A DNA stretch of 63,163 nucleotides, filler included, from Neoconidiobolus thromboides FSU 785 (GCA_025603075.1; 10 parts of 10 records of this genome joined end to end with filler, not necessarily neighbours in it); one strand, 5' to 3'; shown: positions 26,248 through 38,710, numbered from the whole stretch's first letter. The notes: a model not told the origin generated them from the letters alone. Program-made: numbers and translations.

Positions 26248-26621
26248 TGTGAAATCTGGCACTTAGTGATTGAAGTCAAAAACAGATATTGCCTAGTTGA
26301 CTACACTATAAGTCGAAAGGTCTTAGTTTATGTGACTAATATAGACTTGAGTTGTGAAGAATAGCATGTAATGTACTACGGATTATGTAAGACAAATAGA
26401 ATAGACAATACTAATGTAAAATCTATGTAAAATACTATTAAGAAAATTTAATAGCTTTATTAAATGTACGAGATATCAGGGAATAGTTCAGTTAAAAAGC
26501 CTCGAACTGCTGTTTTAGAATCTCTTTTATACTCCGATAAGCATAGATATCAAAACGAGAGGATAATATCCTTTGAGATGAAGATAAAAATTCTCATAGC
26601 AAATCAAGATAAGAGCATGGG
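26248..26621 (+). mobile_element. Family A solo-LTR-like element, truncated by gap
   Basis: Starts TGTGAAATCTGG; its 3' half is near-identical to the 8631-9094 copy. Confidence 0.88.
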
Positions 26622-26721
26622 NNNNNNNNNNNNNNNNNNNNNNNNNNNNNNNNNNNNNNNNNNNNTTAATTAATTAANNNNNNNNNNNNNNNNNNNNNNN
26701 NNNNNNNNNNNNNNNNNNNNN
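26622..26721. other. Artificial 100-bp contig spacer; also at 33284, 39528, 41213, 43079, 51745, 53389, 58306 and 61867
   Basis: The same N44-TTAATTAATTAA-N44 string occurs nine times and gives stops in all six frames. Confidence 0.97.
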
Positions 26722-27005
26722 TCTCGGTTCAAAACTGAACAAAGCTCTTCGATCTCTAGGAAATAGTCTTGAATCTCGGACTTAGATTGCTCCAACTCAT
26801 GCTCTTCATTCAAAATGATCTTTTTAAACTCTTTGACTATTGGTAAAAGTTTTGACCAAAAGGGATTAATGTCATCACTACCTTCAATATTAGTTAAATA
26901 GCCTTGATGAGACCAGAAATTTTTTAGATGTGTAAGTGACTCGCTCAAGTGAATTTTTAGTTGTTCTTCAGCTGTAGTACAATTGGAGAACTCTTGTCTT
27001 TGCAT
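26722..27005 (-). CDS. N-terminal fragment of an Ase1/PRC1 (MAP65)-like protein, running into a gap
   Basis: LSESLTHLKNFW...EEHELEQSKSEIQDYFLEIEELCSVL resembles the PRC1-type N-terminal helices. Confidence 0.55.
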
Positions 27006-28821
27006 TTCAAAGTAAAATAATAAAAATAATAAAAAGAAATCAAAAAATGATTAAAAAATTAACAGAGAGTTGAGACTTTTATATTGATCTATTAACTGTT
27101 TAATGGATTTTATAAGTGACAGTGAAAACTTGTTTATTTAAATACATGATTAATTATGCATTGGCCAATAAATTATAGGTAATAAATTGAAAGTAGCATA
27201 TTTGATTTGATAGGTTAATTACAACTTGTTTTTTGACAAAATTTTCAATACATTTCCTTTTTTAATTTTAAGCGAGTAAATTTAATTTTTTGATAAAAGA
27301 CGTTATTGATTGAGAAAACAAGATGATTAAGATATAAAATAAACTATAACGACTATCGTATTAAAATTAAAAGATCATTTGAGATTACAATTTTCAACAT
27401 AAACAAACTGTTTCAACATATAGCCACAAAATAAATTTGATAAATTCCAAGGACTTATTACTATTTTTTTTATAAAACTTTTAATTTTGCCGCTTGTGAG
27501 TTTGAGTGTTCAAATGATAAATTCATAAAGTATAATCAATATGGAAACAACCTTAGTTTGTTAATAAAAATACAAACAATGCTAATAGATGTCTAAATTT
27601 ATTTTATTTTTTAATATTTACAAAATAATTTTCAAAAAAATGAGTTTTAGATAAAACACTACAACCTATATAAATAGCAAATATAAATCGGTTAAAAATA
27701 GAGTAAAATAATAGATTTTTCCATAGATTCCCTCTTCTTGTTTATCAAAGAGCAAGGATGCTCATTTAGTTTATTATTTGAATTATCTTGACTCCAAAAA
27801 TAAAACATTTGTGAGTCCTCCTCCAAAGTTTTTTAATACAAAGATTGTCACTGTAAGCAATAAATTTTTGAATTTCAATATGGAATCAATTTTACAGCCT
27901 GAAATAAAACTTCCAATAAATATCACTGTTTTTTAATTATATGGCCATTTTTTTCAATAAGAATTTATTAGATCTAAAAATAGTAGCTTTTTTATATTGT
28001 ATATTTTTATTGTGTAACTTTATTATACTAGAGTTTTTCTTTGGCAATGAGTAACTAATAATTCAACTTTCCACTAGATTTCTTGTTAATTTAATGAGGG
28101 AATAAACTTGATTAAATTATTAAGCAATCAGATGTATTCCTAATGATACTGTATGGGACTATACTCAATGTATTTTAGTCCACTTCAATTCAAGACCTAG
28201 GGGGCATCATAGACAACTCTTATTAAGGATGTAAAGTATAGTTTACGGAAAGTGTAACAAATGTAAGTTGAACGACTAAATGGTTTATTCAACCTCATGG
28301 TTGATAATAAAATGTTTACCTGTACCAGGATTTTCCACAACAAATAATGGAATAAGCACTTTCGATTACTTGGCTGTATATGTTGAATGATCAAATGAGT
28401 GTTAGAAGCACACTTTCATGGGAAGTAATTCACTGCTTCCAAACACATTTATCATTTGTTTATACGATAATCATATCTAATTTCCTTTTAAAGTGATTGA
28501 TACTAGCTTAAATGCTACATTAAACTTATATAAAGTATCACAATGTTTTTAATGCACCACGTTTATAGTAAGAAAGAACTATAAAAGGATGATGATTTAG
28601 TATTTAATGCAGCAACTAATAAGTTATAGTTAACTTTTTATAAGATACCTTAAACACTAATTTACTGTTATACGTAAAAAAGACATTCAATAAGTTTATT
28701 TAACCAAAAAATTTGTAGCTTTTATTTACTTTATTTTCAAATATATTAAAGGTTTTGTTTAAAATAATGATTCGTTACGAACTATCTTACTCTCCTAATA
28801 AATTTTATTGCTGTTCAAAAC

Positions 28822-30393
28822 TTATGCTTTTAAATTGAACAGATCTGGTAAAATATGAGCAAAAAACTCAATACCTTCAGTGGTTAACTTAACTTTAAAA
28901 AGTCATCATTACCATGAGCAGTATCCTTTTGAAGATTAATTAACAATACCCTTAAACTAGCTATACCTCTTCCTCTTAAATATTTAAGATCTGTAGCCCC
29001 TGGAAAGACAGGCATGGTAATAGGCTTATGTCTAAATAGTAGTATTTTGTTAAAATAATGTTAATAAAGGTAATGTATAAATTATTTACATCTCCTTTAC
29101 TTTTTATATAATTGATCGAAATAGGCTGCCTTTTTTATTTACTTTGAGCCATTGTATCATTAAAAGAAAACTGAATTTTAACATTGGTTCTTTAGCCCAT
29201 TTTTCAATGTTACTTTTAAGTTTGACTAAATCTTGAATGGGTGTAACTCTTATATTAAATAAGCTTCAATTTTGTCCAGAACCACGTTTATAGTAGCACT
29301 ACTATGAATTAGATTTATATTATTGGCAGTAACTTCACCTGATGTTAAATTTTTTGTTTTTATTTTATTTTCTTCAGTATCTCAAAATTGTTTCATTTTC
29401 AGCTTGAATCGATCCCAACATTGAATTGCATTTTCAATTGATTATTAAAGTTCATATATTAAATTACTATTTTATCCAATGCTGAATTAGATATAAATTT
29501 AGCGCCATCATTAGTATCATCATGGGTAATAGCATCAAAGCCTCTATTATTTATAACTATTTTTTATTTAACAGAAATACTTATATTACTTCCTTACTCT
29601 ATCGGTGTAAAAACCTCAGGTCTTAGCATCATTAATAGCAAGCCCTATAAAAATAAATAAGAAATAAAATAGTATTGAAGTTACTTTATCTTGCCCTAAT
29701 GCTAATCCTACCCCACCTACATTTTTTTCCAAAAATCGAGCCCTAGAACACATTCTATCCCTTTCTTAGCCCTAGTTTTCTCATTACTAACCACCAAACC
29801 ATATAAAATTCTCAAAATCCATTTAGGCACTTTACTTTCAATTCTCTTATACCTTACAAATGTATGATGCCTAATCCCTTGTTATCTAGTGATCCTCTAT
29901 TATAGATTTTACTATTCTCATTCCCTACTTTTACTATTGTTTCATTAAAGGCTGGATACTTTCATTATTTCTAAATAGAAAAGGTTTATAGTATTATAGT
30001 TTTGTGTTTTTAATGGCAAAGCTACCTCAACTGCTGGTACCACATCTATATGGGAGTTTAGTAAAACGAATAGTAGAGAATGATCTTTTCCTGGTAAAGT
30101 AAGTAATATAGAAGGATAGTTAAATCGGAAACACTAGAATAAAGGCATGTTTGTTTTAGGTGATAAATTATTAAATTTAATTCTCTGGGGTAATTTTCAA
30201 AGTAAGTAATGACACTACTATACTCTGGATCGGGCTCTACAGTTCCAAGTTTGATGTATTCAACTAGCCTATTGCTTGCTTCCTGCTTTTCCTGTTCGCT
30301 GAGCTTGTAATGAAAGTTAGAAGTTGCTTTAGTGATATCTTGTTCAGAAGATGAGCCAAAATTGTAACTCGAGATAGAGATAAATGCAATCAT
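28822..30393 (-). pseudogene. Aminoacylase-1 (M20A) pseudogene with frameshifts and stops
   Basis: Collinear fragments: LVEYIKLGTVEPDPEY, LLTLPGKD...VLLNSHIDVVP, RGSLDNKG, FNIRVTP, PVFPGATDLKYLRG, AHGNDDFL, EGIEFF. Spread over several frames with in-frame stops. Confidence 0.8.
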
Positions 30394-30960
30394 TGAAAAT
30401 AGGAATGATTTTTAAATAAGTATTAGATATTTTTAATTCAATAAAAGAACATCAAATTTCCTATAATTATAGTTAAAATTAAATTAAAATTAAATTATTT
30501 ATGTTTGCTTAATGTAAATTTATAATAATCATAATTCAATAAAAAAATGAAAATCAATAAAATAATATTATAATATTATAATTTAATATTAAAACAGTAC
30601 TAATTACATTTCAAAAGGAAATCGAAGCTATTGGGAATTATCTATATCCTTTATATACTAAGAGTAGAAGATTTTTTATAGCATCCTATTAGATTTCTCT
30701 AATTACAACAAAAACAAATACAAGAACAAATACAAAAACAAATACAATAAATAAAAATAAGTGAATGAAAACATAAAAAATGATAAAGCTACAATCTGTC
30801 TAAATTGAAATCATATATTTTAGTTTCATTAGAGACACTATAAAATACTAAATTTAGTGGCATTTAAGTCAAACAGATTGATGCACTCTTTTTGTAAATA
30901 AAAGTTCACAGTATATAATCAAAGTGTGCTAAAGAAACTTATTTTTCAACAATTGTATAT

Positions 30961-31000
30961 GAGGATGCATTTTTGTGTTCAAGAATTTTACTAACAATCT
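30961..31000 (+). mobile_element. Family B MITE, one end only
   Basis: GAGGATGCATTTTTGTGTTCAAGAATTTTACTAAC, preceded by ATAT. Confidence 0.7.
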
Positions 31001-31056
31001 TTAATCATAGTTATTTAAATGTTAATAATTACAACTAGATTTAAGCATAAATCAGA

Positions 31057-31128
31057 TTCTTCATGGTCCAGTGGTTAGGATTTTCCGCTTTCACCGGAAC
31101 GGCCGGGGTTCGATTCCCCGTGAGGAAG
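31057..31128 (+). tRNA. tRNA-Glu(TTC)
   Basis: Acceptor TTCTTCA/TGAGGAA, anticodon stem TTCCG-CT-TTC-AC-CGGAA, T loop GGTTCGATTCC. Confidence 0.95.
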
Positions 31129-31348
31129 TCAATTATATGTTTTTAGTATATGAGACGATGTTTATATTTGAGTAGAAAGGTTGCTAATAAAATTTTTAAA
31201 CAAAAATATATATCCGCATACCTAAAAGAAATAGATGTATGAATTTAAATTACATGTTTTTATACTTATATTATTTAAACAAATGATAGATTTAAAACAT
31301 TACATAAATTTCCAACTTGAATATTTATTTGATGATTAAGATAACTAT

Positions 31349-33283
31349 TTAACTAACTAATTTTGGTTGAGCTTGAGGAACAAGACTTGGAGTAATATTA
31401 CCCTTACTGCCTTTTAAGTTGGAACTAGGTTTTATAGGAGGAGTGGGTTTGATTTGAGGACGGGCATCAAGCCCGGTTTCCTTTGCCTCAATAGTCAATT
31501 TAGAAGGTCTTACTTTTAAAGTAGGTTTGGAGATAATAGGAGTAGTCTGGGTGGTTTGAGTTTTAGGCTGAAGTGAACTTGCTTTTTTCAATGGAGTTGA
31601 AGCTCTACCACCAGTACGTGAAGGTGCTTTAGCGATGCTCGTTGGGGTTTTAGTGACTGTACGTGGGGAGGTGGTTTTAGCAATAGGACCAATTTTGATT
31701 TGTTCCTGTTTTACATTTGGAACTGACTTTGAAGATAGGTTTGATTTTGCTGGTAACTGAGTAGGCAATTTTGGTTGTACTTTTGCTTTGGTGGGAAGTG
31801 GTTTCATGTCATTAAGCTGACCCTGGCTGTTATTTTTGAATGAATTTTGAACTGATGAGACATTAACATTAGTTGGTGTGATAACAGTGTCAATAGTTAA
31901 AGTCTCGGATGAGGATTTAAGCATAAGAGAAGATGCTGGACAGCTATCAGAGTCGACTGAGTCTAATTCTTCATATACAATGTCAAGTTTGGAATGGCTT
32001 AGAATAGATGATTTACGAGAACTTGAAGCGGATTTAGGTGGCGAGACTACAGGTTCAAATTCAGGGGATTTTAAAAGTGTATTACTTTTACCGAATTTCT
32101 TTAAGCCTTGGGAATCTACTTGCACATTATTAGCTTGACTCAACTTATCGAAACTATGACTAGTCCCTTTTTTGTTTTCAGATTCAGGGGATTTTTGAAG
32201 CGGAGTGCTTCTACGAGATCTCTCTGTAGTTTGGGGATCAATCCTTAATCTATTAACATTACTCAATTTACTATTAGTACTGAGCCTAGAGCTTTTACCA
32301 TTTTGAGGTACTGGCGATCTTAGGCTAGGGGTTGTTTTACCTGATCTTGCTGCAGCTTGGGAATCAGCCCTCAAATTATTTGAATTACTCAACCTACTTT
32401 TAGTACTGAGTCTGGAGCTCTTACCGTTTTGAGGTTCAGCGGGCTTCAAGGTATCTTTGGTAGATTTCACAGTAGTAGGTTGGAGACGAGGTAAACTGGG
32501 TCTGGAAGCAAAGCTTACTTCGCAAGCAGCGTCATTGACACCAATAATCTCAACATTGCCATTTCTACGTTGAATCGAACTTTGAAGAATTGTCAAGAAG
32601 TGACCACCTTCAAATAAGAAGTGCTTATGATACTTTCTTTCATATAACTTAATTGGTTCGATAAGTGAATCCTCAAGTCTTCCAAGTTTTGGATAATTTT
32701 CTTTACGGAACTTTTCTTCAGCTGCAAAATTTAAAGAACTTCCCTTAAAACGATCTTTACTTTTCTTATTAAGGTTGGCTTCAAACTCACGTAAACGGTC
32801 AATAATAAGCTTGCGTTTACGAATCTTATCGTAAATATCTGGTGCGTTTTCGAGCTGGAATTTTTGATAATCACAATCATTAATCATTAACTCTAATGTT
32901 TCAAGTGAGACACCTCTATCTTCGATTTCTTTCATACCTTTATCAATATTTTCTTTAGATACACTACAATCCACCCAAATTTTATTAAGTTTTTCCAAGA
33001 GGCTTTGATGAAGTGCTTCTTTATTATTATCAATCAGTTGCAATATTCTACTATGTTCCTCGCCAAGTTTATGTGAAAGTATTTTTCCATTAGAGTCCAA
33101 TACTGAATTTTGATCTTCTGGCCCTATACTAGCTATTCTGTAGAGCTTCTTGAGCTGATCATACATCTCCTCTTTCTTAAGTTTATCATTTTGTATTTCA
33201 ATTGTAATCTCACTCTTCTTAATAAGTATTTTGATAACTGGGATTGATAGATTTAGGATGTCTTTTTCTGTTACCTTGGAATA
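31349..33283 (-). CDS. Ase1/PRC1 (MAP65)-like microtubule crosslinker, 5'-truncated by gap
   Basis: Frame is open to the contig end; KDRFKGSSLNFAAEEKFRKENYPKLGRLEDSL...FLFEGGHF resembles the MAP65/Ase1 core; long S/T/P/K-rich tail. Confidence 0.72.
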   Translation of the reverse strand, partial: YSKVTEKDILNLSIPVIKILIKKSEITIEIQNDKLKKEEMYDQLKKLYRIASIGPEDQNSVLDSNGKILSHKLGEEHSRILQLIDNNKEALHQSLLEKLNKIWVDCSVSKENIDKGMKEIEDRGVSLETLELMINDCDYQKFQLENAPDIYDKIRKRKLIIDRLREFEANLNKKSKDRFKGSSLNFAAEEKFRKENYPKLGRLEDSLIEPIKLYERKYHKHFLFEGGHFLTILQSSIQRRNGNVEIIGVNDAACEVSFASRPSLPRLQPTTVKSTKDTLKPAEPQNGKSSRLSTKSRLSNSNNLRADSQAAARSGKTTPSLRSPVPQNGKSSRLSTNSKLSNVNRLRIDPQTTERSRRSTPLQKSPESENKKGTSHSFDKLSQANNVQVDSQGLKKFGKSNTLLKSPEFEPVVSPPKSASSSRKSSILSHSKLDIVYEELDSVDSDSCPASSLMLKSSSETLTIDTVITPTNVNVSSVQNSFKNNSQGQLNDMKPLPTKAKVQPKLPTQLPAKSNLSSKSVPNVKQEQIKIGPIAKTTSPRTVTKTPTSIAKAPSRTGGRASTPLKKASSLQPKTQTTQTTPIISKPTLKVRPSKLTIEAKETGLDARPQIKPTPPIKPSSNLKGSKGNITPSLVPQAQPKLVS

Positions 33284-33383
33284 NNNNNNNNNNNNNNNNN
33301 NNNNNNNNNNNNNNNNNNNNNNNNNNNTTAATTAATTAANNNNNNNNNNNNNNNNNNNNNNNNNNNNNNNNNNNNNNNNNNNN

Positions 33384-33477
33384 TGTGTGATTAATTGTCT
33401 CTAAAATCGAGAGCACAACAGCTTAGGCAATTTTTATGCTATAATTAACCATGGGACTGACAAAGTGATGTTTCACA
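33384..33477 (+). mobile_element. Family A solo-LTR-like element, 3' end
   Basis: Ends GATGTTTCACA; starts at a gap. Confidence 0.85.
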
Positions 33478-34920
33478 CTTATAAAACTTCATTGAGAAAT
33501 ATTCGTTATTGATTGCTCTATAACCAATATTGCAAATTTGCTATCAAATTATTTATTTATTTTGATGTTATAATTGCATTATTAATATATTATTAACTTA
33601 ATAAATAGCTACATGAGAGGAAGTAGTTGATCCCAAAACTATAATCAACCCTCCCTGTATAGTATAAGTAATATAATAATAGTTTTTACATATTACAATT
33701 GCTTGTTATTTGACTATTTATTAACTTAACTATTAATAACTTAACTATTAATAACTTAACTATTAATAACTTAACTATTAATAACTTAAGTAATATTAAC
33801 ATTTAATAATTGATTTCTATCATTTAATAAAGTATTTGCTTGCTTAGTAAGTATTGAAATTCTTAAAGTCTCTGTTATCTTCGTAAGATAAGCTGGGATT
33901 GATGTTTTAATTTTTCTATTTTCTATAGAATCTATAACTCTAATTGGAGCTATATCGCTTTTTTTTATGTACCAGACACTGGATAACAATGTAGTTTATT
34001 GTTATGTTCAATAAAATGTAAATACTTCTTAATACCTTGTATCTCTATTATTCTTTTTGTATTTTTGTTTCTTTCATACTTTTTAAAAATCATATCTGTT
34101 TCCCCATTACTTACAGTCGAGTTATTAATTTTATTATGTTCACAAATAGAAGTCTCAAACCTTGAAATTAATTGATTGATATCTTCTATTTTACCTAATG
34201 CTTTAAAACTACTTTTCTATTTTTAAAGGTTTCCATGATGCTCAGTAAAAAAATTAAGATCAATATTTAAACTACTATTTATTTTATGAATTTCAAATAT
34301 ATAATATAGAAACTCTTGGGATTTAAAATGATTTCCTGTACCTGCCTATATATTAATTTTTGTAAACTTTTTAAATAGAAGCTCTCTAGAGATTAAATCA
34401 ACTAAACAGCCTCCTGCATATGCTGAATCATGATTTGATATCTCAGATAAATGATTAAAATGAACTTTGTCTATTGTTATCATTTTTTGAATATAAATCG
34501 TCAAACCATGATACTGCTATGGCTTGTTTGTTATAATGATCTAAATTTGTTGAATCTGGTCTTGTTCCTATTTCCATATTTTATTTAAAGTCTAAAATTA
34601 TTATACTTTTATTGTTTGATTTTTTAATAGTTTCGTTAAATATGTTTCTTTCGAGTATCAGTATAAAATTTATGTAATTTATATCATTTTTTATTGAAAA
34701 TTTCTATTTTTGCTTTGTTTTTTATTCCTGTATTTTGTTTTCAAATAACTTTTTTCTAATTGTATACTAGGTACATATATTATATAAATCTGTTTTCTTG
34801 CTGGGTTTTTAAAATTATTTGGTATACATTTAAAAAAAAATGACCTAGCTACTCTACTGCTTTATCCTTCAAATCATTAAAATATTTACTATATCATTCT
34901 TCTACTTTCATCTAATATAT
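33478..34920 (-). mobile_element. Sola2-like transposon remnant, internally deleted
   Basis: Reverse-complement homology to about 56050-57495 (e.g. ATCCAGTGTCTGGTACAT; GAAATAGGAACAAGACCAGATTCAA); stops at the MITE at 34921. Confidence 0.8.
33726..33785. repeat. Perfect 15-bp tandem repeat (TTAACTATTAATAAC)x4
   Basis: Read directly; essentially a single unit in the other transposon copies. Confidence 0.92.
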
Positions 34921-35013
34921 GGGAATGTTTTTGACTTCATTATTTTTTCCATTTTTTAAGTGCTATTTGAGTGGAAAGATTAGTAGTAAAATTGGACAAA
35001 AAAATTATCCCCC
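34921..35013 (-). mobile_element. Family B MITE
   Basis: GGGAATGTTTTTGACTTC...AAAATTATCCCCC. Confidence 0.85.
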
Positions 35014-35347
35014 AATATTATTCATAGAATGGTTTTATGTTTGAGTAATAAATAAAACTTGACATTTTTGTCCTGTAGATAGAGCCTAAGCCTCTGGGTT
35101 GATATTTAAGTTGGCTGTTATCTTCCTGGTCTGTTTTTTGAGTTACACTCAAAACAAAATCCTTGAACTTGAAAGTAATACCTTTAGATAAACTTTAATA
35201 TAACTCCCATTTCTTTAACCAAATTATAGTGTAAATTTTCTTAAGTACATATAGTGTTAGCATTTCTGAAGTTAAAAAGTAGAATCCTAATAACACGGTT
35301 CAAAAAACATTTGTTTATTATTATTATAATAAGAGTAAATTAATAAG

Positions 35348-36805
35348 TTAGTTCAAGTCTCCAGAGGCTCTTATATCATGATTAGATGTATAGGAATCTT
35401 TTCGATCGATTATAGGCTTGGCCACCGGGGTAGGATTACTCCTCAAGCATGCATCCATATCTGACTCAACAACAATCAATTCATCCTTTTCGTTCACATG
35501 GGATCCGCTATGATTTGAGCCTTTGTAGGAAGGAGAATTACTATCTACAAATGGATAGGCACATTCGCCTAATTCAGCAAGATCCATACCTATACACTCA
35601 CTATCCCAATCTGCCCTTATTTTGAGGCCTGGGATACGATTCATTATAAACAAAATAATGAACGTGATTAAGCTAGACCATATAGCAGCAGCAGAACAAT
35701 CTGCTAATTGATAAAGTATTTGCATGAAATTCCCATCTAGCCAACCGCCTTGGATCACAATTTCTGGATCTAAATTTGCTATAGATTTGCGTGCAAATAT
35801 TCCAGTGAGAAGACTGCCAGCGAAGCCGCCCATACCATGTATAGCGAAGACATCTAAAGCATCATCACATTTCATCCATTCTTTAAATTTAACTGAAGCA
35901 CAACATACTATACTCCCAAGTACACCAAATAAAATACTTGAAGGTATATCTACATATCCAGCAGCTGGAGTGATAGCAACCAGCCCAGCAACAGCACCAC
36001 TACAGAAGGCTAATGCAGAGAATTTATAACTACCAATGCAATACTCTATAATAACCCAAGTAACAGCACCAGCACAAGCAGCAATATTAGTGTTGACACA
36101 TGATACCACTGCTCTAATATTTGCAGCTAAGGCAGAACCGCCATTAAACCCAAACCATCCAAACCAAAGTAAAGCAGTTCCTAACAAAACATTTGACATG
36201 TTGTGAGGCTTAAATTCCTCATGCCCGTGACCAGTACGCTTCCCAACCATAAAAGAAAATACTAATGCAGCAAATCCAGAAGAAATATGTACAGGGGTTC
36301 CTCCAGCATAATCTAAAACTCCCAATTTTGCGCCCCAACCGTTTGAAGACCAAGTCCATGAAGCGATAAAATTATAGGCAAAAAGTGACCAAAGTAATAT
36401 AAATAATGAGCTAGGTAAAATCCTACCTCTTTCTGCTGCAGCACCCACAGCAAGAGCAGGAGTGATAGCAGCAAACATGCCTTGATATATCATAAATAGA
36501 ATGTCGGGAATGGAACTAGATGCAGGACTTGGCTTGTCCAAAACATTTATTAAGAATGCATTATCAAAATTTCCAATAAAGAAAGATCCAGTTTTGCTAA
36601 AAGATAAACTATAGCCTATTACAAACCATTCAATTCCTACTATGGCTAATGAGATGCAACATAACATTATAAGTGACAAGGCATTTTTTGTTTGAGCTAG
36701 ACCTGAATAAAAATAGCCTAATCCAGGAATCATTAAAAATACTAATGCTGTAGACATTAGCATCCATGCGATATCCCCTTGGTTAAACGTTGTTGTTTCT
36801 TCCAT
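35348..36805 (-). CDS. Ammonium transporter (Amt/Mep), single exon
   Basis: LVFLMIPGLGYFYSG, LDYAGGTPVHISSG, LLWFGWFGFNGGS, DDALDVFAIHGMGG; both channel histidines present. Confidence 0.96.
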   Translation of the reverse strand: MEETTTFNQGDIAWMLMSTALVFLMIPGLGYFYSGLAQTKNALSLIMLCCISLAIVGIEWFVIGYSLSFSKTGSFFIGNFDNAFLINVLDKPSPASSSIPDILFMIYQGMFAAITPALAVGAAAERGRILPSSLFILLWSLFAYNFIASWTWSSNGWGAKLGVLDYAGGTPVHISSGFAALVFSFMVGKRTGHGHEEFKPHNMSNVLLGTALLWFGWFGFNGGSALAANIRAVVSCVNTNIAACAGAVTWVIIEYCIGSYKFSALAFCSGAVAGLVAITPAAGYVDIPSSILFGVLGSIVCCASVKFKEWMKCDDALDVFAIHGMGGFAGSLLTGIFARKSIANLDPEIVIQGGWLDGNFMQILYQLADCSAAAIWSSLITFIILFIMNRIPGLKIRADWDSECIGMDLAELGECAYPFVDSNSPSYKGSNHSGSHVNEKDELIVVESDMDACLRSNPTPVAKPIIDRKDSYTSNHDIRASGDLN

Positions 36806-38710
36806 ATTACTAAGACTTTTGAATGACGAATTAAAGAATTTATTATTATTTTAAGTTGGAAATTATTCTATATTTATATGTTTTGCAACAGAACTTATCT
36901 TTCTTTATCTATATAAATAATATTGTAAGCCATTAAAATGTGAATAAAGTTAGCTTATAAAACTTAATTATTCATTGAGATAATCTAAATTAGATGTTTT
37001 TTAAAAGCCCAATAAAGCTAAATCGTAGCATATTATCTTCCTATTTAATTGGGTAATCAATTGACATTTGATAGTTAGATAATTTAGGATAGATTATTAT
37101 TACGCTAATCTGGTTAAATTCTCCTAAGCCTAAATTGAATTACTTTGATCGAACAGCAATATAATTACTAGCATATAGATTTACAAAAAGATCTATCATG
37201 CCACTCTGATTGGCTATTATTTACAGTACGCAATGCTACAATTTACATATAATTGGGCTATAAAGTGTATTTTGGATACTTTCAGATGATAGTTATACTT
37301 TTTATTATCCGACTCAGTCTATATAATGTGTGTCTTATAGATAAGAAGGATTATTTATCTAATATCCATATCATTTTTATTTCATTTAATTTTCATATGT
37401 CAAGAATATTAGCTTTATTAGGAAAGAGCCTAAGGAGGGGGGTTAAGCGCATGTCCTTGTTTAACTTTGAGATAAGATAAATGAAAAGTCATTTTGAAAT
37501 AAAAAGCAGTCACTATCTCTCTTATCTTTGTCCCATTATCTAGTCCAATTAAATCAAAGACTGTAAAGAATATATCAATAAAACACTAATTATTTCTAGT
37601 AATTTGATCAAAAAACTTATGAAAAGTGTGGAGGTAACTTGAGGTAAACTAATATTGATAGATAATAAATAGCCTAATATTCTATTTAACTTATTGTTAT
37701 TTATACAGTCCAATTACTATTAATGAATTTGAAACCTATCAAGTAAACGTTTGACTTCAGTAGAAATGATAAAAAGAGTTTGATCGTTATTATTGAAAAT
37801 AATTGAATTATACTATTTATTAATTATTTTTAGCTTTAAAGACTTTTTAAAATAACAATAAGATAATAGGTAATTTAAGTTAAAATAATGAAATAATGAG
37901 TTTATAGCAGATTTATATGTAAATGCTATTCTATTATCTTTAGACTATGAGTAAAGCTATTATTTGAGTTAAAGTGTTTAATTTTCAAAACATAATTTAA
38001 TTTTATGTAAGCATGCATCAAAAATAAGGGATTATTTAATTTGATCAAATATCCGGGTTTTATTTTCAAGCTTTTAATTATTCATCTATATGGAAGGTTT
38101 AGTTTATTTAAGATAATGAGGAATGTTGACATATGTAATTTCTGAAGAAAGTTTGAAGACTTGGTAGGTTGGTAATTTTTTAATGGGTAAGACAGAGCAT
38201 AGCGTTTCAATGGGCAATTTATTCTTGACAGGAAAGTGCGATGTATTATCGCTGGGCTACCTCTCCCCTAAAATTTCCAAGTTTTAAAAGCTTATTTTTA
38301 GAAACTTAAATAGTTTGGCAATTTAGTGATTATTTCCAAATTTAATTTTAATCAAATTATTAGGTGACAAAATTTCAACTTTACTTATTGTAATATTAAT
38401 TGTAAATCTTATTATGTAAAGCTATTAACTATATTATGTAAAAGAATTATTGCTATAGTTTTAATATAATTAACATGATTGTTAAAGGCATAGATGGCTT
38501 TTTTTAGTTAATTCTGACTAAATAATGACAAAATTTTTTGTTTACCAATTTAATCACTTAACTTCTAAAACTACATAATAATAAAATATTAATAGAAAAA
38601 CATTTCTGAAATATACTTTGTTTAAGTAATAGACTATTTAAAAGCCTATTTTTTAATTTATTACTATAATAAACAGTCAGTATAAAAATGTTATATTATT
38701 ATTTAAATAT

